From: an uncultured Clostridia bacterium
Lineage (GTDB): Bacteria > Bacillota > Clostridia > TANB77 > CAG-508
DNA: 64,000 nt
Assembly: GCA_934154445.1 (NCBI GenBank)
Contig: CAKPGC010000007.1
Coordinates: 5,763 to 69,762, forward strand
Reading direction: 5' to 3'
Shown: piece after piece, positions 32,936-43,040 of the stretch
Position numbering within the stretch: the stretch's first letter is position 1
Layout of the letters: each line of letters begins with the position of its first letter
Program-made: the position numbers and the translations under genes
Notes under the pieces: generated by a model
Told to the model about the DNA's origin: nothing
Database searches by the model: none
What the model saw: only the letters and a program-made list of their open reading frames with translations

Positions 32936-33763
32936 TTATTTTCTACGTTTAACAATAAATTTGTTTGTAGCTTTCTTTTTATTTCTTGTTTTATATCCAA
33001 GAGCTGGTTTACCCCAAGGTGTCATTGGTCCTGCGTGTCCTACTGGAGCTCTACCTTCACCACCACCATGTGGGTGATCTACTGGGTTCATTACAGAACC
33101 TCTAACTTCTGGTCTCCATCCCATGTGACGTTTTCTTCCGGCTTTACCTAATTTAACGTTCTCATGTTCTGAATTTCCTATAACTCCTATAGTTGCTCTA
33201 CATTTAGATAAAACTTTTCTCATTTCTCCTGATGGTAATCTTAATGTAGCATATTTTCCTTCTTTAGCCATTAATTGTGCGCTTTGTCCTGCAGTTCTAA
33301 CTAATTTTCCACCTTGTCCTGGATTTAATTCGATATTGTGGATTAATGTACCTACTGGAATACTATCGATTGGCATGCAGTTTCCTACTTTTATATCTAC
33401 AGCTTCTCCAGATATTACTTTATCTCCATCTGTTAATCCTTGTGGTGCTAATATGTAAGCTTTTTCTCCATCTTCATATTGGATTAATGCTATATTTGCA
33501 CTTCTGTTTGGATCATATTCGATACCGATAACTGTTGCTTCCATGTTATCTTTTCTTCTTTTAAAATCTATAATTCTATATTTTTGTCTGTTTCCTCCAC
33601 CTTGATGTCTTACTGTTATTCTACCATAACTGTTTCTTCCAGCTTTTTCTTTCTTTTTAGCAAGTAAAGATTTTTCTGGTGTTTTCTTTGTTATTTCTGC
33701 AAAGTCTGAAACTGTCATGTTTCTTCTTGATGGTGTGTATGCGTTAAAGTGTTTCATTCCCAT
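32936..33763 (-). CDS. rplB: 50S ribosomal protein L2
   Basis: 275 aa; canonical. Confidence 0.95.
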   Translation of the reverse strand: MGMKHFNAYTPSRRNMTVSDFAEITKKTPEKSLLAKKKEKAGRNSYGRITVRHQGGGNRQKYRIIDFKRRKDNMEATVIGIEYDPNRSANIALIQYEDGEKAYILAPQGLTDGDKVISGEAVDIKVGNCMPIDSIPVGTLIHNIELNPGQGGKLVRTAGQSAQLMAKEGKYATLRLPSGEMRKVLSKCRATIGVIGNSEHENVKLGKAGRKRHMGWRPEVRGSVMNPVDHPHGGGEGRAPVGHAGPMTPWGKPALGYKTRNKKKATNKFIVKRRK

Positions 33764-33972
33764 TTTCTATTCTCCCTTCAAAACGATGAAAACCTTCGCA
33801 TTATTTCGTTAAATTTTAAAATATTTCTTCGATATACTTGTGTATTATCTCATCAATATTTTAAAATTTGCCTTGTACTGCTTGCTTTTGCTCGTTTTTC
33901 TTCTCTACTTTTTATTTACGGATATTTTTCCTGCTCCGCATAACAGATATTTTTTATTCTCCGGGTTCTTTC

Positions 33973-34131
33973 CCGATATTTTTATCTTTCTTCTTGTTCA
34001 TTTTTTTGAACATCTACTCTATAAAGTTCTTTTAAACGTTCTACTAATGTTTGTTTTTTTGTAGGTTCGCCTATTGTAGCTATTTTTATGTTATTTTTTT
34101 CTTCCCATTCTTTTTTAGAATTTTTTTCATA
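33973..34131 (-). CDS. Candidate 52-codon small ORF in the rplW-rplB spacer (MSYEKNSKKEWEEKNNIKIATIGEPTKKQTLVERLKELYRVDVQKNEQEER)
   Basis: Hand-translated from the reverse complement. The ATG lies 15 nt after the rplW stop. No strong SD. Below the ORF-track cutoff. Confidence 0.25.
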
Positions 34132-34146
34132 ACTCATAACTAAATA

Positions 34147-34494
34147 CTATGCTCCCATAAATTCATCTATTGAATCTTTGAATTTTTTAGTAGCTTTAGT
34201 TGCTTTACCACCTTTAGCTAAGTAAGAAGCTTCTGCTGGATTTGTATCTATAGTAACTATAGCTTTTTTCCAATCTGAAGTTTTACCTGTATGGTATCCA
34301 ACTCTTTTTTGTTTTCCGTTAACTGTCATTGTATTTACTTTTAATACTCTAACTTCAAAAAGTTTTTCAACAGCTTTTGCTATTTCAACTTTTGTAGCTT
34401 TTTTGTTTACTTTGAATGTGTATTTTCCTTGTTGTAATTCATCATTACTTTTTTCAGTAACAACTGGTGCAATTATAATTTCTTCTGGTCTCAT
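34147..34494 (-). CDS. rplW: 50S ribosomal protein L23, with a ~20-aa C-terminal extension
   Basis: 115 aa vs ~95 typical; the extension is SYLAKGGKATKATKKFKDSIDEFMGA. Confidence 0.9.
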   Translation of the reverse strand: MRPEEIIIAPVVTEKSNDELQQGKYTFKVNKKATKVEIAKAVEKLFEVRVLKVNTMTVNGKQKRVGYHTGKTSDWKKAIVTIDTNPAEASYLAKGGKATKATKKFKDSIDEFMGA

Positions 34495-35117
34495 TATGCG
34501 TACACCTCCTCAATTTTCTTAACAGTTTCTAGAGGTAAAACTAAGTTATTGTATTTTAATAAATCAAATACATTTATATTATTTAATAAAATTGTTTTAA
34601 CTCCTTCGATGTTTCTTGATGACATTAAAACATTTTCATTTTTATCAGCTAAAACAATTAATGTTTTTCCTTCTACTTTTAAATCTGATAATGCTTTAAC
34701 CATTGTTTTTGTTTTGATTTCTTTTAATTCTAATTTATCAACAACTGTTAATTCATTTTCTAATACTTTAGAACTTAATAAAGATTTTATTGCTAATCTT
34801 CTTTCTTTCTTATTAACAGTATATTTGTATGAACGAGGTTTTGGACCTAAAGCTATACCACCTTTTATCCATTGTGGTGCTCTTATGCTTCCTTGTCTTG
34901 CTCTACCTGTTCCTTTTTGTCTCCATGGTTTTTTACCACCACCACGTACTTCTGCTCTTGTTTTTGTACTTTGTGTACCTTGTCTTTGATTAGCTAAATA
35001 ATTAACTAAAACACTATGTACTATAGCTTCATTTGGTTCAATTCCAAATATATTTTCAGCTAATTCAACATCACTTACTTTTTTACCTTTTATATCGTAT
35101 ACATCTACTTTTGGCAT
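34494..35117 (-). CDS. rplD: 50S ribosomal protein L4
   Basis: 207 aa; canonical. Confidence 0.95.
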   Translation of the reverse strand: MPKVDVYDIKGKKVSDVELAENIFGIEPNEAIVHSVLVNYLANQRQGTQSTKTRAEVRGGGKKPWRQKGTGRARQGSIRAPQWIKGGIALGPKPRSYKYTVNKKERRLAIKSLLSSKVLENELTVVDKLELKEIKTKTMVKALSDLKVEGKTLIVLADKNENVLMSSRNIEGVKTILLNNINVFDLLKYNNLVLPLETVKKIEEVYA

Positions 35118-35137
35118 TTCGTATTTCCTCCTTCCTT

Positions 35138-35773
35138 CTATTTAGTAGCCTTTACAGCTGATTTTATTTTTAAGATAGATCCTTTTGCTCCTGGAACACT
35201 ACCTTTTAATAATATTACATTTTTATCCATGTCAACTCTTACAACATCTAAGTTTTGTATTGTAATAGTAACTCTTCCCATGTGTCCTGGAAGTTTTTTA
35301 CCTTTAAATACTCTACCTGGTGTTGATGTTGGTCCCATTGAACCTGGTCTTCTGTGATACATAGAACCATGTCCCATTGGTCCTCTACTTTGTCCATGTC
35401 TTTTAATAACACCTTGGAATCCTTTTCCTTTTGATGTTCCTTGAACATCTACTTTTTCTCCAGCTTCAAACACATCTGCTTTTACTTCGTCTCCAACTTT
35501 TACACCTTCAACTGATTCTAATCTGAATTCTCTTAAGTGTTTTTTTGCTTCAAGACCTGCTTTAGCAAAATGTCCTTTTTCTGGTTTGTTTATATGTTTG
35601 TCTTTTACTTCACCGAATCCTAATTGTACAGCATCATATCCATCTGTTTCTACAGTTTTTACTTGTGCTACTACACATGGTCCAGCTTCTATAACTGTTA
35701 CTGGAATTACATTTCCTTTTTCATCAAAGATTTGTGTCATTCCAACTTTTCTTCCGATTATTCCTTTTTTCAT
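35138..35773 (-). CDS. rplC: 50S ribosomal protein L3
   Basis: Start at [16 protein letters not shown] with AAGGAGA SD; the ORF-track 5' extension is not used. Confidence 0.95.
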   Translation of the reverse strand: MKKGIIGRKVGMTQIFDEKGNVIPVTVIEAGPCVVAQVKTVETDGYDAVQLGFGEVKDKHINKPEKGHFAKAGLEAKKHLREFRLESVEGVKVGDEVKADVFEAGEKVDVQGTSKGKGFQGVIKRHGQSRGPMGHGSMYHRRPGSMGPTSTPGRVFKGKKLPGHMGRVTITIQNLDVVRVDMDKNVILLKGSVPGAKGSILKIKSAVKATK

Positions 35774-35858
35774 TTTTTTCTCCTTACTATTGGCTAATAC
35801 TTGTATTTGCACATTTCTTTATGTGTAATATTAGCTTGGTTTTAGATTTTTATAATTT

Positions 35859-36182
35859 TTATTTTATTTCAATTTCAACACCTGCTGGTACGTCTAATTT
35901 TGTAAGACTATCAACTGTTTTTTGTGTTGGGTAAAGAATGTCTATAACTCTTTTATGTGTTCTCATTTCAAATTGTTCTCTTGAATCTTTGTATTTGTGT
36001 GGAGAACGTAATATTGTTACAACTTCTTTTTGTGTTGGTAATGGAATAGGACCTGAAACTTTTGCTCCTGTTTTTTTAGCTGTTTCTACTATCTTTTCAG
36101 CAGACTGATCTAAAACTACATGGTCATAAGCTTTTAATCTTATTCTAATTTTTTCACTTGTTACAACTGTTGTTTTTGCCAT
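35859..36182 (-). CDS. rpsJ: 30S ribosomal protein S10
   Basis: 107 aa; canonical; first gene of the S10 operon. Confidence 0.95.
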   Translation of the reverse strand: MAKTTVVTSEKIRIRLKAYDHVVLDQSAEKIVETAKKTGAKVSGPIPLPTQKEVVTILRSPHKYKDSREQFEMRTHKRVIDILYPTQKTVDSLTKLDVPAGVEIEIK

Positions 36183-36452
36183 TGTAATTTTCCCTCCTTA
36201 TATTTTTTATTTTTGGGTTTCCCCGTTAACAGCTATGTTTGCTGTCTAAATTACCTTGGCAAGTTAAAACGTACTCTGGTGTTTTGAATTCACCCTTTAT
36301 TAAAACCCAAAATATGCATGATAATTCTGGGATAAGTACTATTTTTTTAAACTTACCGCCTGGTCTTTGCCATGACATACTCCACTGAAGTTCCCTCCAT
36401 CCTTATCTCCGTAAGGACGTAGCCACATTCAGCTTCATCGCTTAATTCATGC
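36183..36452 (-). promoter_or_regulatory. Long (~270 nt) GC-enriched, structured 5' leader of the S10 operon. Candidate cis-regulatory RNA.
   Basis: GC content is clearly above the surroundings. Several local hairpins (e.g. CCTTA-cggaga-TAAGG). It sits between a consensus promoter and the rpsJ SD. Confidence 0.45.
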
Positions 36453-36458
36453 TTATAT

Positions 36459-36487
36459 ATTATACAATGCTTTATCACGTATGTCAA
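36459..36487 (-). promoter_or_regulatory. Consensus sigma-A promoter for the S10 operon (TTGACA, 17-nt spacer, TATAAT)
   Basis: Reverse complement of 36482-36487 is TTGACA; reverse complement of 36459-36464 is TATAAT; the spacer is exactly 17 nt. Confidence 0.7.
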
Positions 36488-36584
36488 CAGATTTTGGAAA
36501 TTTTTCTTAATTTTGGACAGTAATACTTATATATATTTCTTTTTAAGTACATATAATTTTAAAAAATTAAAGTTAATATTATAT

Positions 36585-36612
36585 AAAAAAGCATCTTAAT
36601 AGATGCTTTTTA
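36585..36612 (-). terminator. Intrinsic terminator of gapA
   Basis: Hairpin GCATCT-taata-AGATGC followed by TTTTTT on the minus strand, immediately after the gapA stop. Confidence 0.75.
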
Positions 36613-37629
36613 TTATCCTAATTCTGCAAAATATTTAATTGTTCTGACCATTTGGCTTGTATAAGAATTTTCATTATCATACCAAGCAACAACTTGAACT
36701 TGGTATAAACCATCTTCTATTTTTGTTACCATAGTTTGTGTTGAATCGAATAATGAACCATATCTCATTCCTATTATATCTGAAGAAACTAAAAGTTCGT
36801 CTGTATATCCGAAAGATTCACTACTTTGTGATTTCATTGCTGCATTTATTGATTCTACTGTAATATTTTCTCCTTTAACAACTGCTACTAATATTGTTGT
36901 TGAACCTGTTGGTACTGGAACTCTTTGTGCAGATCCTATTAATTTTCCATTTAACTCTGGTATAACTAAACCTATTGCCTTTGCTGCTCCTGTTGAGTTT
37001 GGTACTATATTTACTGCAGCTGCTCTAGCTCTTCTTAAATCTCCTTTTCTGTGTGGTCCATCTAAAAGCATTTGATCTCCTGTGTATGCATGAACTGTTG
37101 TCATTATTCCTGACTTTATTTCTGCATAATCATTTAATGCTTTTGCCATTGGTGCTAAACAGTTTGTTGTACATGATGCTGCTGAAATTATTTTATCTTC
37201 TGGTGTTAATATTTTTTCGTTTACTCCAAATACAACTGTTGGTAAATCTTTTCCAGCTGGAGCTGAAATTACAACTTTTTTAGCTCCTGCATCAATGTGA
37301 GCTTGTGCCTTCTCTTTTGTTGTATAAAATCCTGTACATTCTAATACAACATCTACTCCTATTTCTCCCCATGGTAAATTTGCTGCGTCTTTTTCAGCAT
37401 ATATTTTTATTGTTTTTCCATCTACTGTTATTGAATCTTCTCCTGCTACAACTGTATCTGCTTTTTCATATCTTTTTTGTGCAGAATCATATTTCAACAA
37501 ATGAGCTAACATATCAGGGCTTGTTAAATCATTTATTGCAACTATTTCATATCCTTCTGCTCCAAACATTTGTCTAAATGCAAGACGTCCTATACGTCCA
37601 AAACCATTAATGGCTACTTTTACTGACAT
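36613..37629 (-). CDS. gap: Glyceraldehyde-3-phosphate dehydrogenase
   Basis: NGFGRIGR N-terminus; catalytic SCTTNC; 338 aa. Confidence 0.95.
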   Translation of the reverse strand: MSVKVAINGFGRIGRLAFRQMFGAEGYEIVAINDLTSPDMLAHLLKYDSAQKRYEKADTVVAGEDSITVDGKTIKIYAEKDAANLPWGEIGVDVVLECTGFYTTKEKAQAHIDAGAKKVVISAPAGKDLPTVVFGVNEKILTPEDKIISAASCTTNCLAPMAKALNDYAEIKSGIMTTVHAYTGDQMLLDGPHRKGDLRRARAAAVNIVPNSTGAAKAIGLVIPELNGKLIGSAQRVPVPTGSTTILVAVVKGENITVESINAAMKSQSSESFGYTDELLVSSDIIGMRYGSLFDSTQTMVTKIEDGLYQVQVVAWYDNENSYTSQMVRTIKYFAELG

Positions 37630-37758
37630 AATAAAATTCCTCCTTTAATTTAGCAATGGCTTTATTTTTCCATTGTTTTTTCTTTTTAGTATTACCATAT
37701 TTCTATTGGTAATTCAATTCTATATCAATTTTATCGTATTTTCAAGTATTATTTTAAA

Positions 37759-39666
37759 TTATTTTCCATATAGCTTTTCTAATACAATAATAAACATTGC
37801 ATGTGACCATCCAAGCCCAATAACCCAATTAGGTTTTAAGGTTTCGTTATTAACTTGCTCACCTAAAAGATAATGTTTACCAGCTGTTTTGATAACAAAA
37901 TCAAATGTTTCTTTTGCTTTCTTTTTTTCTCCCGTTTCTAAGTAATATAATGTCATCCAAAGATTAGCAATTGGCCAAGGATTTCCATTCATGTAATTAT
38001 CATTTTCAAATCTTTGATATCCTCCCGTATATGTTCTTAAACTTAAATTTATCCTTTCAATTGTATTTTGAATTTTCTTTTCCTTAGGTTTGAATAATTC
38101 AAATGGAGTAACTGTACCAATTATACTAATGTCCATTTTTTTGTCTTCTGTATTTCTTACATAAGATTTCTTTTCTTCATCATATAAATTTTTATTGATG
38201 TATTTTTTTATTTCAAGTTGTAATTTTTCTATTTCTTTTTTAGATTTTTCAACTTTTTCTTGTTTTAATCTATTGTTTTCAAAATCTGATATGTCTTTGC
38301 CTAACACATCATAAATTTTTTGCATACTTGTAAATGCTGAATAAATACTTGCTAATGAATATAAGTGTACTCCTTCACACATTTCCCATAAATCATAACT
38401 CACATGATATTTATGTTCTTGTGATTCATTTTCTACCCAATCTTTCACATATCTTTTTAGAAAGTCTATGGCCTTTTCGCACATTTGCAAATTTTCTTTC
38501 AAGAATTTTTCAGATTTTGAATATTTATAATGTTCATATACTCCATATACAACACTTGCAGTTTCATCTATTTGGTATCCCCAACAAGGTGCTAGTTTAC
38601 CATCTGTATAAAAACGTTGTTCCCACATACCATTTTTGCTCTGAGTTTTTTTACAAAATACTTTGTAAAATTTCTCTGTATCTTTTCGCATTTTTAAGAT
38701 ATCCATGGCTTTAGTCATAAAAACAGCGTCTCTTGGCCAGCAATATGCATATCTACCACATTTTGTGAAATTTTCATCAATTTCAGGTGATGCAATAATT
38801 GCACCTGTTTCTGAATTAATTAATAGAGGAAATAGTAAAATACTTCTTTTATATATTTCATAAATTCTTTCTTCATAAGCAGTTTCCGGTTCTTTCATTT
38901 CTAATCCATTATGATCTTTTACATATTTTCTCCAATATGATTTTGCATTAATATATTCTTTTTCGAAATCTATTCTTTTAACTCGTTCGATTTCATCTTC
39001 TATATCAGATATATTTTTATTTTCGTCTATTAAAATACATAATTGTAACTCTTTTTTCTCCCCTGGCTTTATTAATCCTATTTCATAAGCAATTGATGAA
39101 TCTTTTGACATTCCAATATAGTCTTTATCATAAATTTCCGTTCTTTTTATTGTTTCTTTACTCCCATTTATTTGATGTTTAATAATATTTTTTCCTTTTG
39201 CAAATGTTGAAAAGGTAAAATCATGTGCATATTGTGTCATCCCTCCATCAACAATTTTACATCCAACATAATTATTTATATCTGATAATAATTCAGAATG
39301 AATATAAAATTCAGTGTTCAAATCTATTGTTCCTTCATTAATAAAAATGTATTTTTTTGCTAATACATTTTCTTTTACTAGGATATAATCTGTTTGAACA
39401 ATTTTTAAATTAAAATATGTATTTGTAATTTCAGTATTTAATATATTTGTATCTGTATCATAATATTGTTTATATACATTATTTATATCATCATGTAAGT
39501 ATATTAAATCAGATTCATTTATTTTAACTCCAGTATGAAAATAATTTATATATTGCTTATTGTCTTTACTTGGAAAATATATTCTCTGCATTTCACCTTT
39601 TGCAGTATATGTTGCTATCATTTTTTTATTTCCAATTATTGCTTCATTTAAGTATTTGCTATTCAT
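37759..39666 (-). CDS. Glycoside hydrolase family 15 (glucoamylase/glucodextranase-like) protein
   Basis: GH15 (alpha/alpha)6 signatures incl. CWPRDA. Start at MNSKYLNEAI (AAAGGA SD) rather than the ORF-track upstream M. Confidence 0.7.
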   Translation of the reverse strand: MNSKYLNEAIIGNKKMIATYTAKGEMQRIYFPSKDNKQYINYFHTGVKINESDLIYLHDDINNVYKQYYDTDTNILNTEITNTYFNLKIVQTDYILVKENVLAKKYIFINEGTIDLNTEFYIHSELLSDINNYVGCKIVDGGMTQYAHDFTFSTFAKGKNIIKHQINGSKETIKRTEIYDKDYIGMSKDSSIAYEIGLIKPGEKKELQLCILIDENKNISDIEDEIERVKRIDFEKEYINAKSYWRKYVKDHNGLEMKEPETAYEERIYEIYKRSILLFPLLINSETGAIIASPEIDENFTKCGRYAYCWPRDAVFMTKAMDILKMRKDTEKFYKVFCKKTQSKNGMWEQRFYTDGKLAPCWGYQIDETASVVYGVYEHYKYSKSEKFLKENLQMCEKAIDFLKRYVKDWVENESQEHKYHVSYDLWEMCEGVHLYSLASIYSAFTSMQKIYDVLGKDISDFENNRLKQEKVEKSKKEIEKLQLEIKKYINKNLYDEEKKSYVRNTEDKKMDISIIGTVTPFELFKPKEKKIQNTIERINLSLRTYTGGYQRFENDNYMNGNPWPIANLWMTLYYLETGEKKKAKETFDFVIKTAGKHYLLGEQVNNETLKPNWVIGLGWSHAMFIIVLEKLYGK

Positions 39667-39737
39667 CTTTTTTCCTTTCTTCTCATTTATTGCCATCCAA
39701 AATTTAAAAAACTCTGGATGGCAAATCATTTTAATTT

Positions 39738-41387
39738 TTATCCTTCAATTACATTTAGGATTTGTTTTTCTAATTCCTTAATTTTTTCATTTATTCTAAA
39801 TATGTCTTCATCTTTTAAATCTTTATTATTCATATCTTCTTTTACAGACGTTTCCATATCTAGCAATTCATCTTTTAATTTTTCAAGCCTATTTATTACT
39901 TCTGTTCTATTATTTATTGGTAATTTTCTATCTATTTTATGAGTTAATTTTACGTTTTCTTCCACATTTAATTCATAAGTTTCGCCATAGCTTGGTATTA
40001 TAACAGGCAATTGTGCTTCGTTTTCAATCTTTTGTCCAAGTACCTCTTGTGATTCTTCTTCACCATGTATTAAAAATACTTGTTTTGGTTTTTTTATAAA
40101 TGAATATACAAAATTCATTAATCCATCTTGATCCGCATGTCCTGAATATCCTTCTATATATTCAATTCTTGCATTTACTGCTATTTCTTCTCCAAATATT
40201 TTTACTTTTTTTGCTCCGTTTACTATACTATATCCCAATGTTCCTGGTGCTTGATATCCAACAAAAAGTATTGTTGAATTTGGATTCCATAAATTATGTT
40301 TTAAATGATGTTTTATTCTTCCCACTTCACACATACCGCTTGCAGATATTATTATACATGGTTCTGGATTTTCATTTAAAGCTTTTGATTCATCAGATGT
40401 TACTGTGAATTTTAATCCTGGGAATTCTAATGGATGATCTCCCTTTTTTATTTCCTCTTGAGTTTCTTCATCAAACAAATCCATATTTTCTTTAAATACT
40501 TCTGTTGCTGATATAGCAAGAGGACTATCAACATAAACAGGTGATTTCATTAATGTTTCATATTCTCTTAAGAATTTTTCATCATTTTTAGTTTCTTTTA
40601 TTTTATTTAGTTCATACAAAATCTCTTGTGTTCTTCCAACTGCAAATGATGGTATTACGACTGTTCCTTTTTTGTCTAATGTTTCTGAAACTATATCCAA
40701 AAACATCTCTGCTTTTTGTTCATTTTTTTCATGTTTTCTGCTTCCATAAGTTGATTCCATTACTAAATAGTCAGCATCTTCTATCATTGTTGGTTCACTC
40801 AATAATGGTATGTCATTGTTTCCTAAATCACCAGTGAAAACTGTTTTTGTTTGTTTTCCATTTTCATTTACCCATAATTCTATAATGCTAGATCCTAACA
40901 TGTGTCCTGCATCATTAAATCTTACATGAATGTCTGGTGTGATTTCTATTATTTCATCATATTTTACAGGTTCAAATATTTCTAAGCATCTTGCTGCTTG
41001 TTCTGCTGTATATAGTGGTTCTCTTGGTTCTAATCCTTTTCTCATTCTTTTTCTGTTTTTCCATTCATTTTCCATTTCTTGAATATGTCCACTATCAGGT
41101 AGCATTAATGCACATAAGTCTGCAGTTGCTTTATGAGCATATATTTTATTTTTAAATCCTTCATTATATAATTTTGGTATCCTTCCAGAATGGTCTATAT
41201 GAGCGTGTGTTAATAACATAAAATCTATTTCTGCAGGATTAAAATCAAATTCTTCAAAGTTTTCTTCTTCTAGTTCCTTTTTTCCTTGCCACATTCCACA
41301 ATCCACTAAAAATTTTTTTCCTGCTGCTTCTACAAGATAATTAGAACCTGTAACAGTTCTTGTTGCTCCCAAAAATGTAATTTTCAT
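39738..41387 (-). CDS. Beta-CASP family MBL-fold ribonuclease (CPSF73-like / RNase-J-related), with a C-terminal coiled coil
   Basis: MBL motif LLTHAHIDHSG; beta-CASP motif VMESTYG; HxH at the C-terminal end of the domain; 549 aa. Confidence 0.75.
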   Translation of the reverse strand: MKITFLGATRTVTGSNYLVEAAGKKFLVDCGMWQGKKELEEENFEEFDFNPAEIDFMLLTHAHIDHSGRIPKLYNEGFKNKIYAHKATADLCALMLPDSGHIQEMENEWKNRKRMRKGLEPREPLYTAEQAARCLEIFEPVKYDEIIEITPDIHVRFNDAGHMLGSSIIELWVNENGKQTKTVFTGDLGNNDIPLLSEPTMIEDADYLVMESTYGSRKHEKNEQKAEMFLDIVSETLDKKGTVVIPSFAVGRTQEILYELNKIKETKNDEKFLREYETLMKSPVYVDSPLAISATEVFKENMDLFDEETQEEIKKGDHPLEFPGLKFTVTSDESKALNENPEPCIIISASGMCEVGRIKHHLKHNLWNPNSTILFVGYQAPGTLGYSIVNGAKKVKIFGEEIAVNARIEYIEGYSGHADQDGLMNFVYSFIKKPKQVFLIHGEEESQEVLGQKIENEAQLPVIIPSYGETYELNVEENVKLTHKIDRKLPINNRTEVINRLEKLKDELLDMETSVKEDMNNKDLKDEDIFRINEKIKELEKQILNVIEG

Positions 41388-41403
41388 AAATCCTCTCCTC
41401 TTC

Positions 41404-42969
41404 TTAACACCATATTGGTATTTTTTTGTTTAATTTTATTTCTAATTCTTTAGGTTTTAATATTTCTATTTTTTCTTCGAAAACATTTTCATCAAAAATT
41501 TGAATAAAATATTTGTCTTTTTCTTTAGTTATTTTTAAATATGCATCTTCTAATTTTATTATTCTTACATTAAATATATTTTTTAATATTTCATAATTGA
41601 CATTTTTATTATTAGAAATTTTTTGTATAACTTTTAAGTCTATTGCTTTATCAATTAATAATTCTGTTACTTCACTTATTGATTTATGTAATTTTTCTAT
41701 TTTTTGTATTGTATTTTCATAATCATATTGTAATAATAAATAATATCTAAAATTATAAATTATTTTTTCTATTTCTTGTTTTGTTTCTGCTTGTTTTATA
41801 TCTATTTTTATTAAATTTAAAAATATTTTTTGCAATTGGATTTTAAAATCGTCTAATTTTTTTGTATCTTCTGTATCTATAATTTCTAGATATCTGTATT
41901 TTTCATCAATTTCTTTTTTGTATTTTACAAAATTCTGTGGGTTAATTAGTTTGTTTAATTTTTCTAATTCATTAAAATATTGATTTTTTTCTTCCTCCAT
42001 TATTTGTGCTAATATTCTCATACTAAATATTTTCTTTTCTAATGGTAATTTTTCATTTCTTTTTATATATTCATTTTGTAGTAACTCTTTGTTACTAATA
42101 ACAGTATCTATTTCTTTTATTTTTTCTGTTATTTGGATTTTTTTATTTGTTATGTTTTTAATGAATTCCTCTTTATTTTTTGTCTTATCTATTTCTTTTT
42201 CTATTTCTTGTTTTATTTTTATTAATTTTTCTTTTTCAATACTATTAAATTTTAAACTTAATAATATTGATATTTTTGATAATATTTCTATTAATTCATC
42301 TTTATTTTTTTTGCCATATTTATTTTCTAATTTTTCCTTAAATAGTTCAAAATAATCAATTATGAATTCATTATTTTTTATCCATTTATCTAAAAATTTG
42401 TAACCTACTAAAATTCTTAAATTTTGATATATTAAATTGTGGTCTATACTCTCAATCTCTTGTGGTATACTTGTCCAAGAATATCCATTAAAATCTCTTA
42501 AAGGTTCTACCATATTAATGTTATTTCCCACATTTATAAGTTCTGATAGAGTTTCATTAATTATAAAATAATCATCTTTTATTATCTTTTCTTTTTTTCC
42601 AATTTTTCCTATAGCATATAACACTTTTCTTTCGATTGGATATGCTATTATTTCTTTTTTTTCTTTATCTATTATATATGTTTTGTTGTTTGGTATTTTA
42701 TTTTTTTCATCATTCATTTTAATTATTTTGATTGAATTACAATCATTTTTTATGATATCTAATAAATTTGATATATATTCATCTTTTGTTTCTATATCTT
42801 TTTTTACTGTTTCTACGTCTTTATATGATGCTTCGATTTTATATAAAATGCCTAAGAGAGTATTTTTAACATTTTCACCAAATTGCTTTTCTTCTAGAAT
42901 TTTTTCTAATTCATTGTTATAGTCTTTTTTCACTATTTTTTCTAGTAAGTTTTTCTTCTTTTGTTGCAT
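41404..42969 (-). CDS. Hypothetical 521-aa Lys/Glu/Ile-rich protein of unknown function
   Basis: Long ORF, no TM, no family I recognise. It sits between ftsK and the beta-CASP nuclease with short intergenic gaps. Confidence 0.5.
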   Translation of the reverse strand: MQQKKKNLLEKIVKKDYNNELEKILEEKQFGENVKNTLLGILYKIEASYKDVETVKKDIETKDEYISNLLDIIKNDCNSIKIIKMNDEKNKIPNNKTYIIDKEKKEIIAYPIERKVLYAIGKIGKKEKIIKDDYFIINETLSELINVGNNINMVEPLRDFNGYSWTSIPQEIESIDHNLIYQNLRILVGYKFLDKWIKNNEFIIDYFELFKEKLENKYGKKNKDELIEILSKISILLSLKFNSIEKEKLIKIKQEIEKEIDKTKNKEEFIKNITNKKIQITEKIKEIDTVISNKELLQNEYIKRNEKLPLEKKIFSMRILAQIMEEEKNQYFNELEKLNKLINPQNFVKYKKEIDEKYRYLEIIDTEDTKKLDDFKIQLQKIFLNLIKIDIKQAETKQEIEKIIYNFRYYLLLQYDYENTIQKIEKLHKSISEVTELLIDKAIDLKVIQKISNNKNVNYEILKNIFNVRIIKLEDAYLKITKEKDKYFIQIFDENVFEEKIEILKPKELEIKLNKKIPIWC

Positions 42970-43040
42970 TATACTCTCCTTTCACTCTGTTTTTCATAAT
43001 CTAAAAAATTCTTGTTTTTTGTTTGTCAAATCTTAACATT

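Noticed and set aside
36183-36452. S10 leader as a T-box, SAM or other known riboswitch, or as RNase P/tmRNA/SRP RNA
   Set aside because: No T-box AGGGUGGNACCGCG motif and no universally conserved RNase P, tmRNA or SRP sequence blocks are visible. It is kept only as an uncharacterised structured leader.
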